Part shown: positions 1-10,300 of the stretch, in pieces
Position numbering within the stretch: position 1 is the first letter of the stretch
Layout: every line of letters starts with the position of its first letter
From: Patescibacteria group bacterium
GTDB taxonomy: Bacteria > Patescibacteriota > Minisyncoccia > Phycocordibacterales > BOKC01
Reading direction: 5' to 3'
DNA length: 64,000 nucleotides
Assembly (NCBI GenBank): GCA_038062955.1
Contig: JBBTWE010000001.1
Span: 389,640-453,639, forward strand
The notes under the pieces: model-generated
What the model saw: the letters and a program-made list of their open reading frames with translations, nothing else
Told to the model about the DNA's origin: nothing
The model's database searches: none
Translations under genes and position numbers: made by a program

Positions 1-53
1 TTTTAGCCTATAGGACGAAATCGGTGTATGTGTAAATATTGAAATTTATATAT

Positions 54-96
54 AAAAAAACTGACCCCAAGCCCGCCGAAGCAGACTAAGGGTCAG
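54..96 (-). terminator. Intrinsic terminator of islet 1 (C-UUCG-G capped hairpin plus U-tract)
   Basis: Minus strand CTGACCCTTAGTCTGC-TTCG-GCGGGCTTGGGGTCAG followed by T7, 27 nt after the stop of 123..800. Confidence 0.8.
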
Positions 97-122
97 AGTG
101 TCCAAGAAACAGAGGGTCAGCT

Positions 123-800
123 TCAGCTAACCACAGGTTCCGAGGGAGAAAGAACATTGCGAGAGAACACATAGAAGCCATCACCCCACTCGCACGAATC
201 CTCGACAGAACTCGCACACACGTGCCAACCGATGACGAGCCAGTACACGTCGACCACACGAAGCAGACCAGTTTGGTCACGGATGTAGAAGATGTCCGAT
301 AAGCCGTTCGTGAGAAGGACACCGTCTTCACCATTCCCCTGCATCTCCAACAAGGAGAACAACTCGAAGAGAGTTGTTTCAGCTTCCGCTTTACCACCGA
401 GCTCTTTGATGATCGGACCATCTGGGGAAGCCTGGAGCAACTTGTGGCAGCGGATGCTTTGTTCCATGATCGGATCTTCGATCTCGCCTTCGCCAGAGAG
501 GAAGTAGGACGTGAAGTTGCTTCCGATGTCCGAGATCTTCACCAAGGCGTCTGCCTGGGTGTTGACCACGAACTTGTCGCGAGCAACAAACTTGATAGTG
601 GTTGTGGGGACCTTGGTCGTACCGACGAGGGAAAGGATACTGGCAACAGACACACGCTCACACGAAGTCTTGGTGAGACCGAGCAAAAGAGCCTGGAGCT
701 TCGTCGGAGCGCCAATCCAATACTGCATAACCGCAGTATCCAAATCTGGCAGTTGTCTCGCAATACAAGCGATTAGCTCCGCAGTTTGATGATCCAACAT
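123..800 (-). CDS. Hypothetical protein, candidate DGR variable (target) protein
   Basis: 225 aa ORF with AAAGGA SD, own promoter and terminator; C-terminus VDVYWLVIGWHVCASSVEDSCEWGDGFYVFSRN with NNY codons between fixed W/G/V residues. Confidence 0.7.
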   Translation of the reverse strand: MLDHQTAELIACIARQLPDLDTAVMQYWIGAPTKLQALLLGLTKTSCERVSVASILSLVGTTKVPTTTIKFVARDKFVVNTQADALVKISDIGSNFTSYFLSGEGEIEDPIMEQSIRCHKLLQASPDGPIIKELGGKAEAETTLFELFSLLEMQGNGEDGVLLTNGLSDIFYIRDQTGLLRVVDVYWLVIGWHVCASSVEDSCEWGDGFYVFSRNVLSPSEPVVS

Positions 801-860
801 AGCGTTTTTTCCTTTCGGGTTTCGCTGTTGTTTTGCTTGCCGTACTAATCCAAAATGGAC

Positions 861-1012
861 TTCACTACGGCAGAAGAAAGGTCGACGGGTTGGGCGTCGA
901 CACCTGTAGACGGCCCTCCCGATTTCTTAGATTGTACTCAATCTGTAGAAATCGCAGTGCCCTAGATTTATCGTGGCCATTTTATAAGAGACCTGTCTTC
1001 TGCCGTAGCGAA
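861..1012 (-). ncRNA. Candidate structured leader RNA of islet 1
   Basis: 17-bp outer stem 861-877/996-1012 (one G-U pair on minus strand) enclosing hairpins at 881-901 and 920-954. Confidence 0.5.
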
Positions 1013-1022
1013 TCTTGTTTTT

Positions 1023-1073
1023 AATGAACAATTTTCTGCCACAATGGTACCATCATCATGGTATGATTGTCAA
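1023..1073 (-). promoter_or_regulatory. Sigma70 promoter plus boxA-like start motif of islet 1
   Basis: TTGACA-18nt-TACCAT, then CAGAAAATTGTTCATT; the same 16-mer follows the islet 2 promoter. Confidence 0.7.
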
Positions 1074-1099
1074 CCAAAATTTAATGACTTTAAATAAGC

Positions 1100-4084
1100 T
1101 TATTTCATCCCCTTTCTTAAGGTGCAATATCGGCAATCAGATACCCCGCAAGTCTTGTTCCAAAAAGAAAAACTAGCTATTTCTTTGGCTGTTTTTTTGA
1201 TGAGCTCAATCAGATCAACCGTCTCTTCCCCACTAATTATAAATTTCTCTTTTTTGAAATCACCTGTCTTTGATTTTTCCGTAAAATCAATTTCACCTGA
1301 AATCATCTTGAATTTCCCGCTATCAAATCTGTCTAAAAGAATTTTATAAAAAAGAAGTTGGCGATATATTTCTCCTCGAGAACTTTTTGTTTTGCCGAGA
1401 ATTTGATTCCTAGTTTTTGGCTGGCTGGTCTTATAGTCAACAACATTCACTTTATTATCTGGAGTAAACTCAACCTTATCGAGCTTCCCTGTTAGAATTA
1501 GTGGGTATTTTTTCTTTTTTATAGTCAAAGTGTCCAGAACTACCCCACCAATCTTTAATTCAACGATAACATTCTTTGTCCAAGTGTTTTTATAGAAAGA
1601 GTAGTAACCTTCCAAAGATTTTTCACCCTTCCTTAGAGAATCCTCGAAATCATTTTTCTCCAAAGGTTGTTTCTTAATTGAACGTTCGAAAAAATGAAAA
1701 AGTTTTTGTGGCCCCGGGTCTTCCCCTTTTTTATATATTGTAAAAAAATCTTCCAAAGCTTTATGAACAGCGATACCATACATTTGGCTTTTGCCCGGAG
1801 CCTTAGGAATTCGAAGCAAATTTTCGAAGAAGTACTTCCATGGACATTCCAAATAATTGTTTAAAGCGGTAACAGAAAATCCCCTATCAAAAAAGAGTTC
1901 TCTTAAATAATTTTTTTCTTCTAATTTGTGCGGTGTAACTGTGTCTTTTTTCAAAACTGATTTATCAAATTTTTGCTCAAGTAGAAATGTATCATTCTTG
2001 AATATAAATTTTTCATCAATTTCAGATACGAATTGTGAGGGTAATCGAAGTTTTTGGCGATCATTGGCTCTGGCGAAACTTAAAGATACTTCACATTTGG
2101 CCCTAGTTAAGGCAACATAAAAAAGACGTCTTTCATCCTCCAAATCTGGATCAAAAGAATTGCCTGGTAAATGAAAATGTTTGTGATTCCTCGTATTGCC
2201 CCAATGTCCATCATAAAGACCAGTTATATAAACGTAATCGAATTCCAAACCTTTGGCCTTGTGGGCCGTCATTAGTTTTACCGCATCTTTCTTTGGGCCG
2301 TAATCACTAGTAGTCTTCACTAAAATATTATGCTGTTTTAAGATATCCAGATAATTTATAAAATCTTTGAGCCTCGCTTCTTTATGACTTTCTGACAATG
2401 TTTTTGCCTGATCAAAAAAAGATTCGAGTTTATTTAATTCATCCCAAACGCCAACATGACTTAGTAAAAATTTAAGATAGCCTGATTCCCTAACAACAAT
2501 CTCTAAAAAATCCACCAGACTTTTATTTCTAGCGAGAGCGCCCCAACGGCTCATATTTTTATAGAAATCAGAGAGGATAGCCGGATTTTTAACTTTAGTT
2601 TGTTTAAGAAGATATTCTGAACTCAAAATATCAAATAAATTGATTTTCTGTCGTCTTCCGAAATTAAGCAATTTATATATATCCAAATTATCAAAATCAA
2701 AAAAATCGATGAATAATAGCTCCGATAAAAATGACTCATCACCAAATGAATTTACAGCTCGAAGAAAAACGCTTAGTTTTCTTATATTTTCTTGGAGAAA
2801 TAGACTTTGATCAGAATATACTTCAAAAGGCACTCCGGACTGCTCTAGAGCTTTAACAATTGGAAGAGCGTCGCTATTATTTCTATAAAAAACCGCAATC
2901 GTGTGAGGTTCTGCGCCAGCTTTAATGCGTCGTTTTATATCAAAGGCAATAAAAGATTCTTCAAAAACTGGTTTGTTAAATTCATAAAACGATATTTTTA
3001 TTTCTTGAGAAAGTGGCCGTTTTGTTTTGGACTCAAGTCTTTGTCTAAGTTTAGGGTCTTCAACTTGATTTTTCTCGATCAGAGAATGAGAAGCGTCTAA
3101 TATTGTTTGAGTGGAACGATAATTTGTTTTGAGCGATAAAACCAACGCATCGGGATAAAGTTTTTTGAAATGCAAAAAGTTTTGGAGAGATGCCCCTTGA
3201 AATCTAAAAATAGCTTGTTTTTCATCACCCACGATAAAAAGATTGGGATTTTTATGAAAACCAGAAATCAATTCCAAGATTCTATTCTGGGAATTATTGG
3301 CATCCTGATGTTCATCGGCCAAAATATATTGATATTCTTCCTGTAAACTCAAGAGAAGCTCTTCGGAATTTTCAAGCGCTCTTATAACCTCCAAAATCAT
3401 GTCTTCGTAGTCGTAAACTAATCTTGCGGCTAAAGTTTTTTCATATTGCTCAAAAATGGCAAGAAGTTCCTTATTTTTCTCCAACCTCTTTTCCATTCTT
3501 AAACGATCAATTTTCGATAGTTTTTCATCTCCAGAAATCAATCTTTTAAACTCTTTTTCCTCTTTGTTTATAAATTTTTTGAATTCTGTTGGCGAGATAT
3601 TCTCTCTTTTAAGATGCTGAATTGAACTCAAAGTGGGCCTCACATAATAATCTGGAGCGCCAAACGGCTTAAGATGCGAGAGTTTTGTTCTGTTTATAAT
3701 ATCTTCAATGATTTTTATTCTTTCTACATCACTCGCTGTTGTGGAACCAATAATTCTTGGAAAATAATCTGGAAAATTTCTGATTATTTCATTACAAAAA
3801 CCGTGAAAAGTAAAAATCTGAACTCGATAAGATTGACTGCCAATAATTTTATGAAGCCTTTGCCTCATCGAATAAGCGGCTGATTCTGTAAAAGTTAAAG
3901 ACAAAATACTCCCTGGCTCTGTGTCAGTTTTTCTTAAAATATTGGCAATTCTTAGAGTAAGAATCTGTGTCTTGCCAGTTCCGGGACCAGCAATAACCAT
4001 AACCGGCCCTTCAATAGTATCCACGGCCGATTTTTGCTCGGGATTTAATTGGTTATATTGACGTTTAAATTCAGAAGAATCCAT
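1100..4084 (-). CDS. UvrD/PcrA-family SF1 helicase with C-terminal PD-(D/E)XK nuclease domain
   Basis: AGPGTGKT Walker A, DEHQD, VGDEKQAIFRFQGA, TAHKAKGLEF, EERRLFYVALTRA-like motif; C-terminal GKLDKVE...VVDYKT and four Cys (CPWKY...CGVSDCRYC). Confidence 0.92.
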   Translation of the reverse strand: MDSSEFKRQYNQLNPEQKSAVDTIEGPVMVIAGPGTGKTQILTLRIANILRKTDTEPGSILSLTFTESAAYSMRQRLHKIIGSQSYRVQIFTFHGFCNEIIRNFPDYFPRIIGSTTASDVERIKIIEDIINRTKLSHLKPFGAPDYYVRPTLSSIQHLKRENISPTEFKKFINKEEKEFKRLISGDEKLSKIDRLRMEKRLEKNKELLAIFEQYEKTLAARLVYDYEDMILEVIRALENSEELLLSLQEEYQYILADEHQDANNSQNRILELISGFHKNPNLFIVGDEKQAIFRFQGASLQNFLHFKKLYPDALVLSLKTNYRSTQTILDASHSLIEKNQVEDPKLRQRLESKTKRPLSQEIKISFYEFNKPVFEESFIAFDIKRRIKAGAEPHTIAVFYRNNSDALPIVKALEQSGVPFEVYSDQSLFLQENIRKLSVFLRAVNSFGDESFLSELLFIDFFDFDNLDIYKLLNFGRRQKINLFDILSSEYLLKQTKVKNPAILSDFYKNMSRWGALARNKSLVDFLEIVVRESGYLKFLLSHVGVWDELNKLESFFDQAKTLSESHKEARLKDFINYLDILKQHNILVKTTSDYGPKKDAVKLMTAHKAKGLEFDYVYITGLYDGHWGNTRNHKHFHLPGNSFDPDLEDERRLFYVALTRAKCEVSLSFARANDRQKLRLPSQFVSEIDEKFIFKNDTFLLEQKFDKSVLKKDTVTPHKLEEKNYLRELFFDRGFSVTALNNYLECPWKYFFENLLRIPKAPGKSQMYGIAVHKALEDFFTIYKKGEDPGPQKLFHFFERSIKKQPLEKNDFEDSLRKGEKSLEGYYSFYKNTWTKNVIVELKIGGVVLDTLTIKKKKYPLILTGKLDKVEFTPDNKVNVVDYKTSQPKTRNQILGKTKSSRGEIYRQLLFYKILLDRFDSGKFKMISGEIDFTEKSKTGDFKKEKFIISGEETVDLIELIKKTAKEIASFSFWNKTCGVSDCRYCTLRKGMK

Positions 4085-4119
4085 TCCATTAGTATATAGA
4101 TAGAAATGGAATTTTCAAT

Positions 4120-5322
4120 TTAATAGTTTTTAAGCCTATCTATTTTTTCGTGGATGCGGAGTTTTTCGAGCGCTTTGGCTTCGATCTGTCTTATACGTTC
4201 ACGAGTCACACCGAATTCCCTTCCCACTTCTTCTAGGGTATGAGTGATGCCATCCACCAAACCATGTCTCATCTCTAGGATTCTGCGTTCTTTTGGAGGT
4301 AAATCATTTAAGATATCTTTGACTTGATCTGCCACAATTCTTCTTGAAGTTTCTTCTGACGGAGAAAGAATTTTATCATCAGCAATAAAATCTCCTAAAG
4401 TGGACTTACCATCATCTTCATCGGGACCAGCCGGACTTTCTAACGACACCGTGCTTTGATCAATTTTTTCGATATTGTATATCTTATCGACATCCAAATT
4501 CATTTCAATCGCAATTTCTTCCTGAAGTGGGTCTCTGCCCAAATCTTGGGCTAATCTCCTCACAACCTGCTTGTATTTGGCAATCGTTTCCACCATATGA
4601 ACTGGTACTCTTATAGTTCTCGATTGATCAGCAAGAGACCTTGTAATGGCTTGTCTGATCCACCAAGTAGCATAAGTTGAGAACTTAAATCCCTTATTCC
4701 AATCAAATTTATCGACGGCTTTAAAGAGACCTAAATTACCCTCTTGAATTAAGTCGAGAAGCGTTAAATCTGGACTTCGGCCAACATATTTCTTGGCAAT
4801 AGAAACCACCAATCGAAGGTTAGAGCGAGCTAGAATATTTTTCGCCTCTTCATCCCCAGTTTGAATTTTCTTAGCTAATTCTTTTTCTTGAGCACCGGAA
4901 ATCAAGGGATATTGGCCAATTTCTTTCAAATACATTTGGATAGAATCGTGTGACAGAGAATCCTTGTAGATATCTTTGCCTTTCCCATTTTCTTCTGGGG
5001 TATCTAAAAGATTACCTCCCTCCAAAAGGTCTATTCCGGCATTGCTCAATTTTTCATAAAGCGAATCCAAAGACAAAATATCATCCTCAATAGTGGGAAA
5101 TTCTCTTAGAATTTCATCATAAGTTATAAAACCTCTTTCTTTTCCTTTCAAAATCAGCTTATCAATAGCCAAATCTATTTTTTTATTTTTGGCTGATTTT
5201 GGAAGATTTTCACTTTCAGGAAGCTCTTTGGTGGCTTTTTTGCGAGTAATTCCCTTAACCTTGGGCTTTTTTGCCTTTTTTATTTTTACTTTTTTTACTG
5301 CTTTTTTCTTTGTTTTTTTCAT
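4120..5322 (-). CDS. rpoD: RNA polymerase primary sigma factor
   Basis: [58 protein letters not shown]. Confidence 0.97.
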   Translation of the reverse strand: MKKTKKKAVKKVKIKKAKKPKVKGITRKKATKELPESENLPKSAKNKKIDLAIDKLILKGKERGFITYDEILREFPTIEDDILSLDSLYEKLSNAGIDLLEGGNLLDTPEENGKGKDIYKDSLSHDSIQMYLKEIGQYPLISGAQEKELAKKIQTGDEEAKNILARSNLRLVVSIAKKYVGRSPDLTLLDLIQEGNLGLFKAVDKFDWNKGFKFSTYATWWIRQAITRSLADQSRTIRVPVHMVETIAKYKQVVRRLAQDLGRDPLQEEIAIEMNLDVDKIYNIEKIDQSTVSLESPAGPDEDDGKSTLGDFIADDKILSPSEETSRRIVADQVKDILNDLPPKERRILEMRHGLVDGITHTLEEVGREFGVTRERIRQIEAKALEKLRIHEKIDRLKNY

Positions 5323-5457
5323 CCCGTTGTGAAATTTCAGGTCGTTCTTCGCAAGCTCGGAACTATCCTGTTATTTTTTGGCTCATTCTTAATAAATAAA
5401 TTTAATTCTTTTATGCATTCCGTAGTAAGTATTTACAACCTGAAATTCTACTACGGG
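5323..5457. mobile_element. MITE-like element, family A (CCCGTAGTGAAAT...TCTACTACGGG), copy 1
   Basis: About 20-bp imperfect terminal inverted repeats; interior highly similar to 25849-26003; abuts the rpoD ATG. Confidence 0.75.
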
Positions 5458-5467
5458 ATTCTCATTT

Positions 5468-7177
5468 TTAAATTTTGACTTTCCTCATATTCATTTCATT
5501 TATATTTTTGCTTATCTTTTTGCAGTTTTCTAAAATTTCCGCCGCTCTTTCTTTATTACCAGATTTTTCAGCCGCAGTTAATTCCTTCATCGCGTTTTGA
5601 AAATCAATTTTTAAAGTCTCCTCTTCTAAATTAAAAAATAAGTCTTCTAAAATATTTTCTATATCCGCCCTCCCATCAAAATAAGTTTCGGCTTCAAAAA
5701 TTAGTTCGCTTTTCCTTTTCTCCAAAATGAGAATGCTCTCTTTATCTTTTAACTTATCCTCTAATCGTTCCCTGAAAGATTTAATTTTTGGAGAATCTTT
5801 ATTTAAACTTTCTTGCCAAAAAATAATACCTATAATTCGACTTATAATATTGAATTGCCTGCTTTCTAAGGTTTTTTTAATATTATCACTGACGGCTATT
5901 GTATCTTCATCACTATTTGGAATTTTTTTCAAATCTTCTCGCAAGGCTTGTTCGTTCACGCCTGTCTTATGAGATATTTCAACCAAAAATCTCGATTGAT
6001 CGATATTTGATGGTAACAGTTTAACGAAAGGTAGAACCCTGTTTTTGATTTCTTGATCCATAAGCCTATCCGACATTTTTGATGAAACGATTTTTCCAAG
6101 ATAAAAATCGATGATATGACTTGAATCTTTCAAAATAGACTCCCAGATTTTTGGATCTTTTGCGATAACACTTGCAGGGTCTTCATCTTCCGGCAATAGA
6201 GCAATTCTTACATTCATTCCCAAAGAAAGACCGAGTTTGGCGCTTCTTTCAATTGCCTTAAAACCAGCTTTGTCGCCATCATAAGCTAAAATAATCCTAG
6301 AAGAAAGATGGTTGAGCTTATTGAGTTGAAGCAACGTGAGCGCGGTGCCTGAAGTCGCAACGGTATTATCAAATCCAGCTTGATGCGAAAGCAGAAGATC
6401 CATTTGCCCTTCTACAAGCACTGAATAATTTTTCTTCTTTATTGATAACTTGGCTCTGTCAAAACCATAAAGCACTTCCGATTTATTGAACAATTCAGTT
6501 TCAGGACTGTTTAAATATTTTGGAATATTCTCTTCTTCTTTCAACACCCTTCCAGAAAAAGCGATTGCGCGTGACGCCGTATCAAAGATTGGAAACATTA
6601 TTCTGCCCCTAAAAACATCGTAAAATTTATTATTTTCTGTTTTTTTGGCCAAACCTGCTTTTAAAAGTTCAGAATCCTTAAAACCTTTAGCACGACAAAA
6701 TTCAATCATTGACTGCCACATTGGCAAAGCGAATCCTAAACGCCACTCTTTTATTATTTCCTGATTCAATCCTCTTTTGATTAAGTAATCGTAAGCGTTT
6801 TTATTCTTCTTAAGATTTTCTTCAAAAAACCCTGTCGCAACCTCAAGCAATCTAAACAATCTGTCTTTCTCAAGTTTGCTTTCACTGGTTTCAAATTCGA
6901 GAGGAATGCCAGCATTCATAGCCAGGACCTTCAAGGCGCCTTTAAAATCCAGTCCTTCGAATTGCTCCACAAAACTAAAAATATCTCCTTTAGCTCCGCA
7001 TCCGAAACAATAAAAAGATCCTCTTGCGGGCGAAACAAAAAAAGATGGAGTCTTTTCATTATGGAAAGGACACTTAGCCTTAAAATTTGATCCGGCTTTT
7101 TCGAGTTTAATGTAATTGCTTAAAACATCAACAATACCAAGTCTTTCTTTTATTCGGTCTACATTTGAAGAAGACAT
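5468..7177 (-). CDS. dnaG: DNA primase
   Basis: CPFHNEKTPSF zinc finger, FYCFGC, KYLNSPET, Toprim VEGQMD and YDGDKAG. Confidence 0.97.
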   Translation of the reverse strand: MSSSNVDRIKERLGIVDVLSNYIKLEKAGSNFKAKCPFHNEKTPSFFVSPARGSFYCFGCGAKGDIFSFVEQFEGLDFKGALKVLAMNAGIPLEFETSESKLEKDRLFRLLEVATGFFEENLKKNKNAYDYLIKRGLNQEIIKEWRLGFALPMWQSMIEFCRAKGFKDSELLKAGLAKKTENNKFYDVFRGRIMFPIFDTASRAIAFSGRVLKEEENIPKYLNSPETELFNKSEVLYGFDRAKLSIKKKNYSVLVEGQMDLLLSHQAGFDNTVATSGTALTLLQLNKLNHLSSRIILAYDGDKAGFKAIERSAKLGLSLGMNVRIALLPEDEDPASVIAKDPKIWESILKDSSHIIDFYLGKIVSSKMSDRLMDQEIKNRVLPFVKLLPSNIDQSRFLVEISHKTGVNEQALREDLKKIPNSDEDTIAVSDNIKKTLESRQFNIISRIIGIIFWQESLNKDSPKIKSFRERLEDKLKDKESILILEKRKSELIFEAETYFDGRADIENILEDLFFNLEEETLKIDFQNAMKELTAAEKSGNKERAAEILENCKKISKNINEMNMRKVKI

Positions 7178-7185
7178 AAATGTAA

Positions 7186-7309
7186 TTCAAAGGTCAAAAA
7201 TCAAAAGTCAAAATTTAAAGTTAAAAGTTATTAATTTAAAATAATTTTATTCTTTTTTACTTTTGAATTTTGAATTTCAATTTTGAGTTTTGCCTTTTGA
7301 ATTTTGACT
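7186..7309. repeat. Degenerate heptamer tandem arrays in inverted arrangement (TCAAAAN ... NTTTTGA)
   Basis: Seen directly between the rpoC stop and the dnaG start; same design at 26979-27096. Confidence 0.7.
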
Positions 7310-7337
7310 TGAGTATTATTTGTAATTCGTGTCGTGT

Positions 7338-10300
7338 TTACTTGAGCTTATCGAAGATTTTAGACTTTCTGCTTCCTGGGAAGCCGGTTCCAGCCGGAAT
7401 AAGACGCCCGATAATAACGTTCTCTTTGAGACCTGAAAGATCATCTGTGTAACCACGAACAGAGGCATTGATGAGAATTTTAGTTGTGTGTTGGAAAGAA
7501 GCGGCGGACAAGAAACTTTTTCTAGTTAGAGACACTTCAGTAATTCCCATCACAACTTTTTCTGCTTTGGCCTCATTTTTTCCAAGAGCTTTTATTTTCT
7601 GATTCTCTTTTTGGAGCTCGCTTTCTTCTACAACATCTCCAGGAGAGAAAGTTGAGTCGCCCGAATCTTTTATCTTCCTTCGAGAAAACATCTGTCTTAC
7701 AATGACTTCAATATGTTTTCTGGAAACCGCTTCCCCTTGTAATTCGTAAAGTCGGCTGATTTCGCGAATAATATAGTTTTCTGTTTTTTCCTTGCCGGCA
7801 TATTTGAAAAGTTCTCCAATATCAGCTGAACCGTCAGTAAGGATTTGTCCTTTCTTAACTTCTTGGCCAGCTTTTACAAGAATTGATCGGTGGAAACTTA
7901 CGGCGTATTCAGAATCTCCTTTTTTAGTTTTCTTTACTCCCTCTCCTGAAATAATAATGTATCGCTCTCCTTTTTCCTCCTTAATTTCAGAAATGATTCC
8001 GTCAACACGACTAATGACCGCGGCATTTTTAGGTTTTCTTTTTTCAAATACTTCCTCTACTCTAGGGAGTCCAGTGGTAATATCTCCACCAACAGACGCT
8101 GTACCTCCTGTATGGAAGGTTCTCATTGTAAGCTGGGTTCCCGGCTCACCGATTGCTTGAGCGGCCACAGTACCGATAGCTTCTCCTATTTCTATCGGAC
8201 GACCATTTCCAAGGTCAGCTCCGTAACAGAGAGCGCAAACGCCCTTTATTGATTTGCAGGAAAGTGGAGACCTTACAACAACTTCCTTCACACCATCGTT
8301 TTCAATCAAGATCGCGTCTTTTTTACTTATAAAACTTCCTTTCTTGAAAACATCTTTTCCATTTTGCAACACAACATCTTCAGCAATAAATCTCCATCTA
8401 ATATTTCGAGAAAGAGGGGTTTCCATTTCATTGCCTGATTTCTTGAAGATTTTAATTCCTTCCTTCGTACCACAATCTTCTTCACTTATAATTGAGTCTT
8501 GAGCCACGTCGAAGAGTCTCCTGGTTAAGTATCCTGCTTTAGCAGTGTTTAAGGCGGTGTCAGTCAAACCTTTTCTCGCTCCGTGAGTGGTAATGAAATA
8601 TTCGATAGGAGTCAATCCTTCCTTGGTAGAAGAAACCACAGGGAATTCAATGGTCTCTCCCGCTGTGTTTTGAATAAGACCTTTTATTCCAGCCATTTGG
8701 GTAATCTGGGAAAGAGAACCTCGAGCTCCGGAATTCACCATGTCATGCACGGAGCCTCTTGGATCAAGACTGCTTGGAATAATTTTCTCTATTTCACTTT
8801 TTGCCCAATGCCATATTTCAATATTTTTTCTTAGTCTTTCGTCAGTCGAGATAAAGCCATCATTGTATTGGCCAACAATTTCCTCCACTTTTCTCTTGGC
8901 TTCTACAATTATCGGACCCTTAGCTTCTGGGATTTTCACTTCATCAATACCCCAAGTAATACCAGCGTATGTGGCATATTGAAAACCAAAGTTTTTTACC
9001 TTATCAACAATATCTGGAATTTTTTCGATACCATATTTTTCAATCAAATCCTCGATGAGAGATGCCATCTTTTTTCGATCAATTTCAGCATTCACGAAAG
9101 GATAATCATTTGGTAAAACACTATTAAAGAGCAGTCTACCTACAGAACTTTCAAAAATACCGCTTTTGAATTCTTTGTATTTGGGGGTATCAGTGGCTAA
9201 AATTTTTATTTTGGCTCTAAAACCAAGTGCGCCGAAATCAAAAGTGGTAATAGCGCTGTTTGGATTAGAAAAATATTTTCCTTCTCCTTTTTCACCAGCC
9301 AACATTTTGGTCATCCAGTAACAACCAAGAATGATATCGAGCATTTTGGCGCTGATTATAGGATCTCCGCTTCCTGGTTTTAAGATGTTTTTATCGGCAG
9401 CCAATATTTCTTTTGCTTCAAGTTGGGCTTCTTCTCCAAGCGGCACGTGAACAGCCATCTGATCTCCGTCGAAATCAGCGTTGAAAGCTGTACAAACCAA
9501 AGGATGAATTTGAATAGCGTTTCCCTCAATTAAAAGTGGTTTGAAAGCCTGAATACCAAGACGATGCAAGGTCGGAGCTCGATTTAAAAGCACATACTTG
9601 TCTTTGATCACATCTTCCAAAATAGCCCAGACTTCTGGCACTCCTTCTTCAATAAGTTTGGAAGCGCCTTTAATATTGTAGGCTAGATCCATCTTTAATA
9701 TCTGACAGATAACAAACGGCCTGAAAAGTTCAAGCGCCATATGCTTTGGAAGTCCGCACTCATTCAGTTTCAGGGTTGGGCCAATAACGATAACTGATCT
9801 TCCAGAATAATCTACACGTTTACCTAAAAGATTCTGTCTGAAAAAACCTCTTTTTCCTTTCAAATTATCTGCAAGTGACTTGAGTGCTCTTTTTTGGGCT
9901 TGGCTTGCAACAATCTGGGTTGTCCCCTGTCTTAAAGTATTATCAATCAAAGCATCCACAGCTTCCTGTAGAATTCTTTTTTCGTTTCTTAAAATCACTT
10001 CTGGAGCGTTTATTTCTTTGAGTTTTTTTAAACGATTATTTCTATTTATTACTCTGCGGTAAAGATCGTTAACATCTGAAGTAGCGTAACGTCCACCATC
10101 AAGCGGAACCATTGGACGAAGTGCTGGAGGAATCACAGGCAGACGTAAAAGGAATGTCCACTCTGGTCGAACACCTGACTCGATCATCGACTTAACAAGA
10201 GAAATTCTCTTGCTTAATTTTTCTTTTTCAGCGGCGCCTGCAACTTCAAGATCTTTTTCTAAATTTACTTTAAGTTTTACAAGATCAACATCTTTCAAAA

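Noticed and set aside
861-1012. Resemblance of the islet 1 leader stem (TTCACTACGG / CCGTAGCGAA) to family A terminal repeats
   Set aside because: Only about 10 nt match and the arms face the opposite way to those of the elements.
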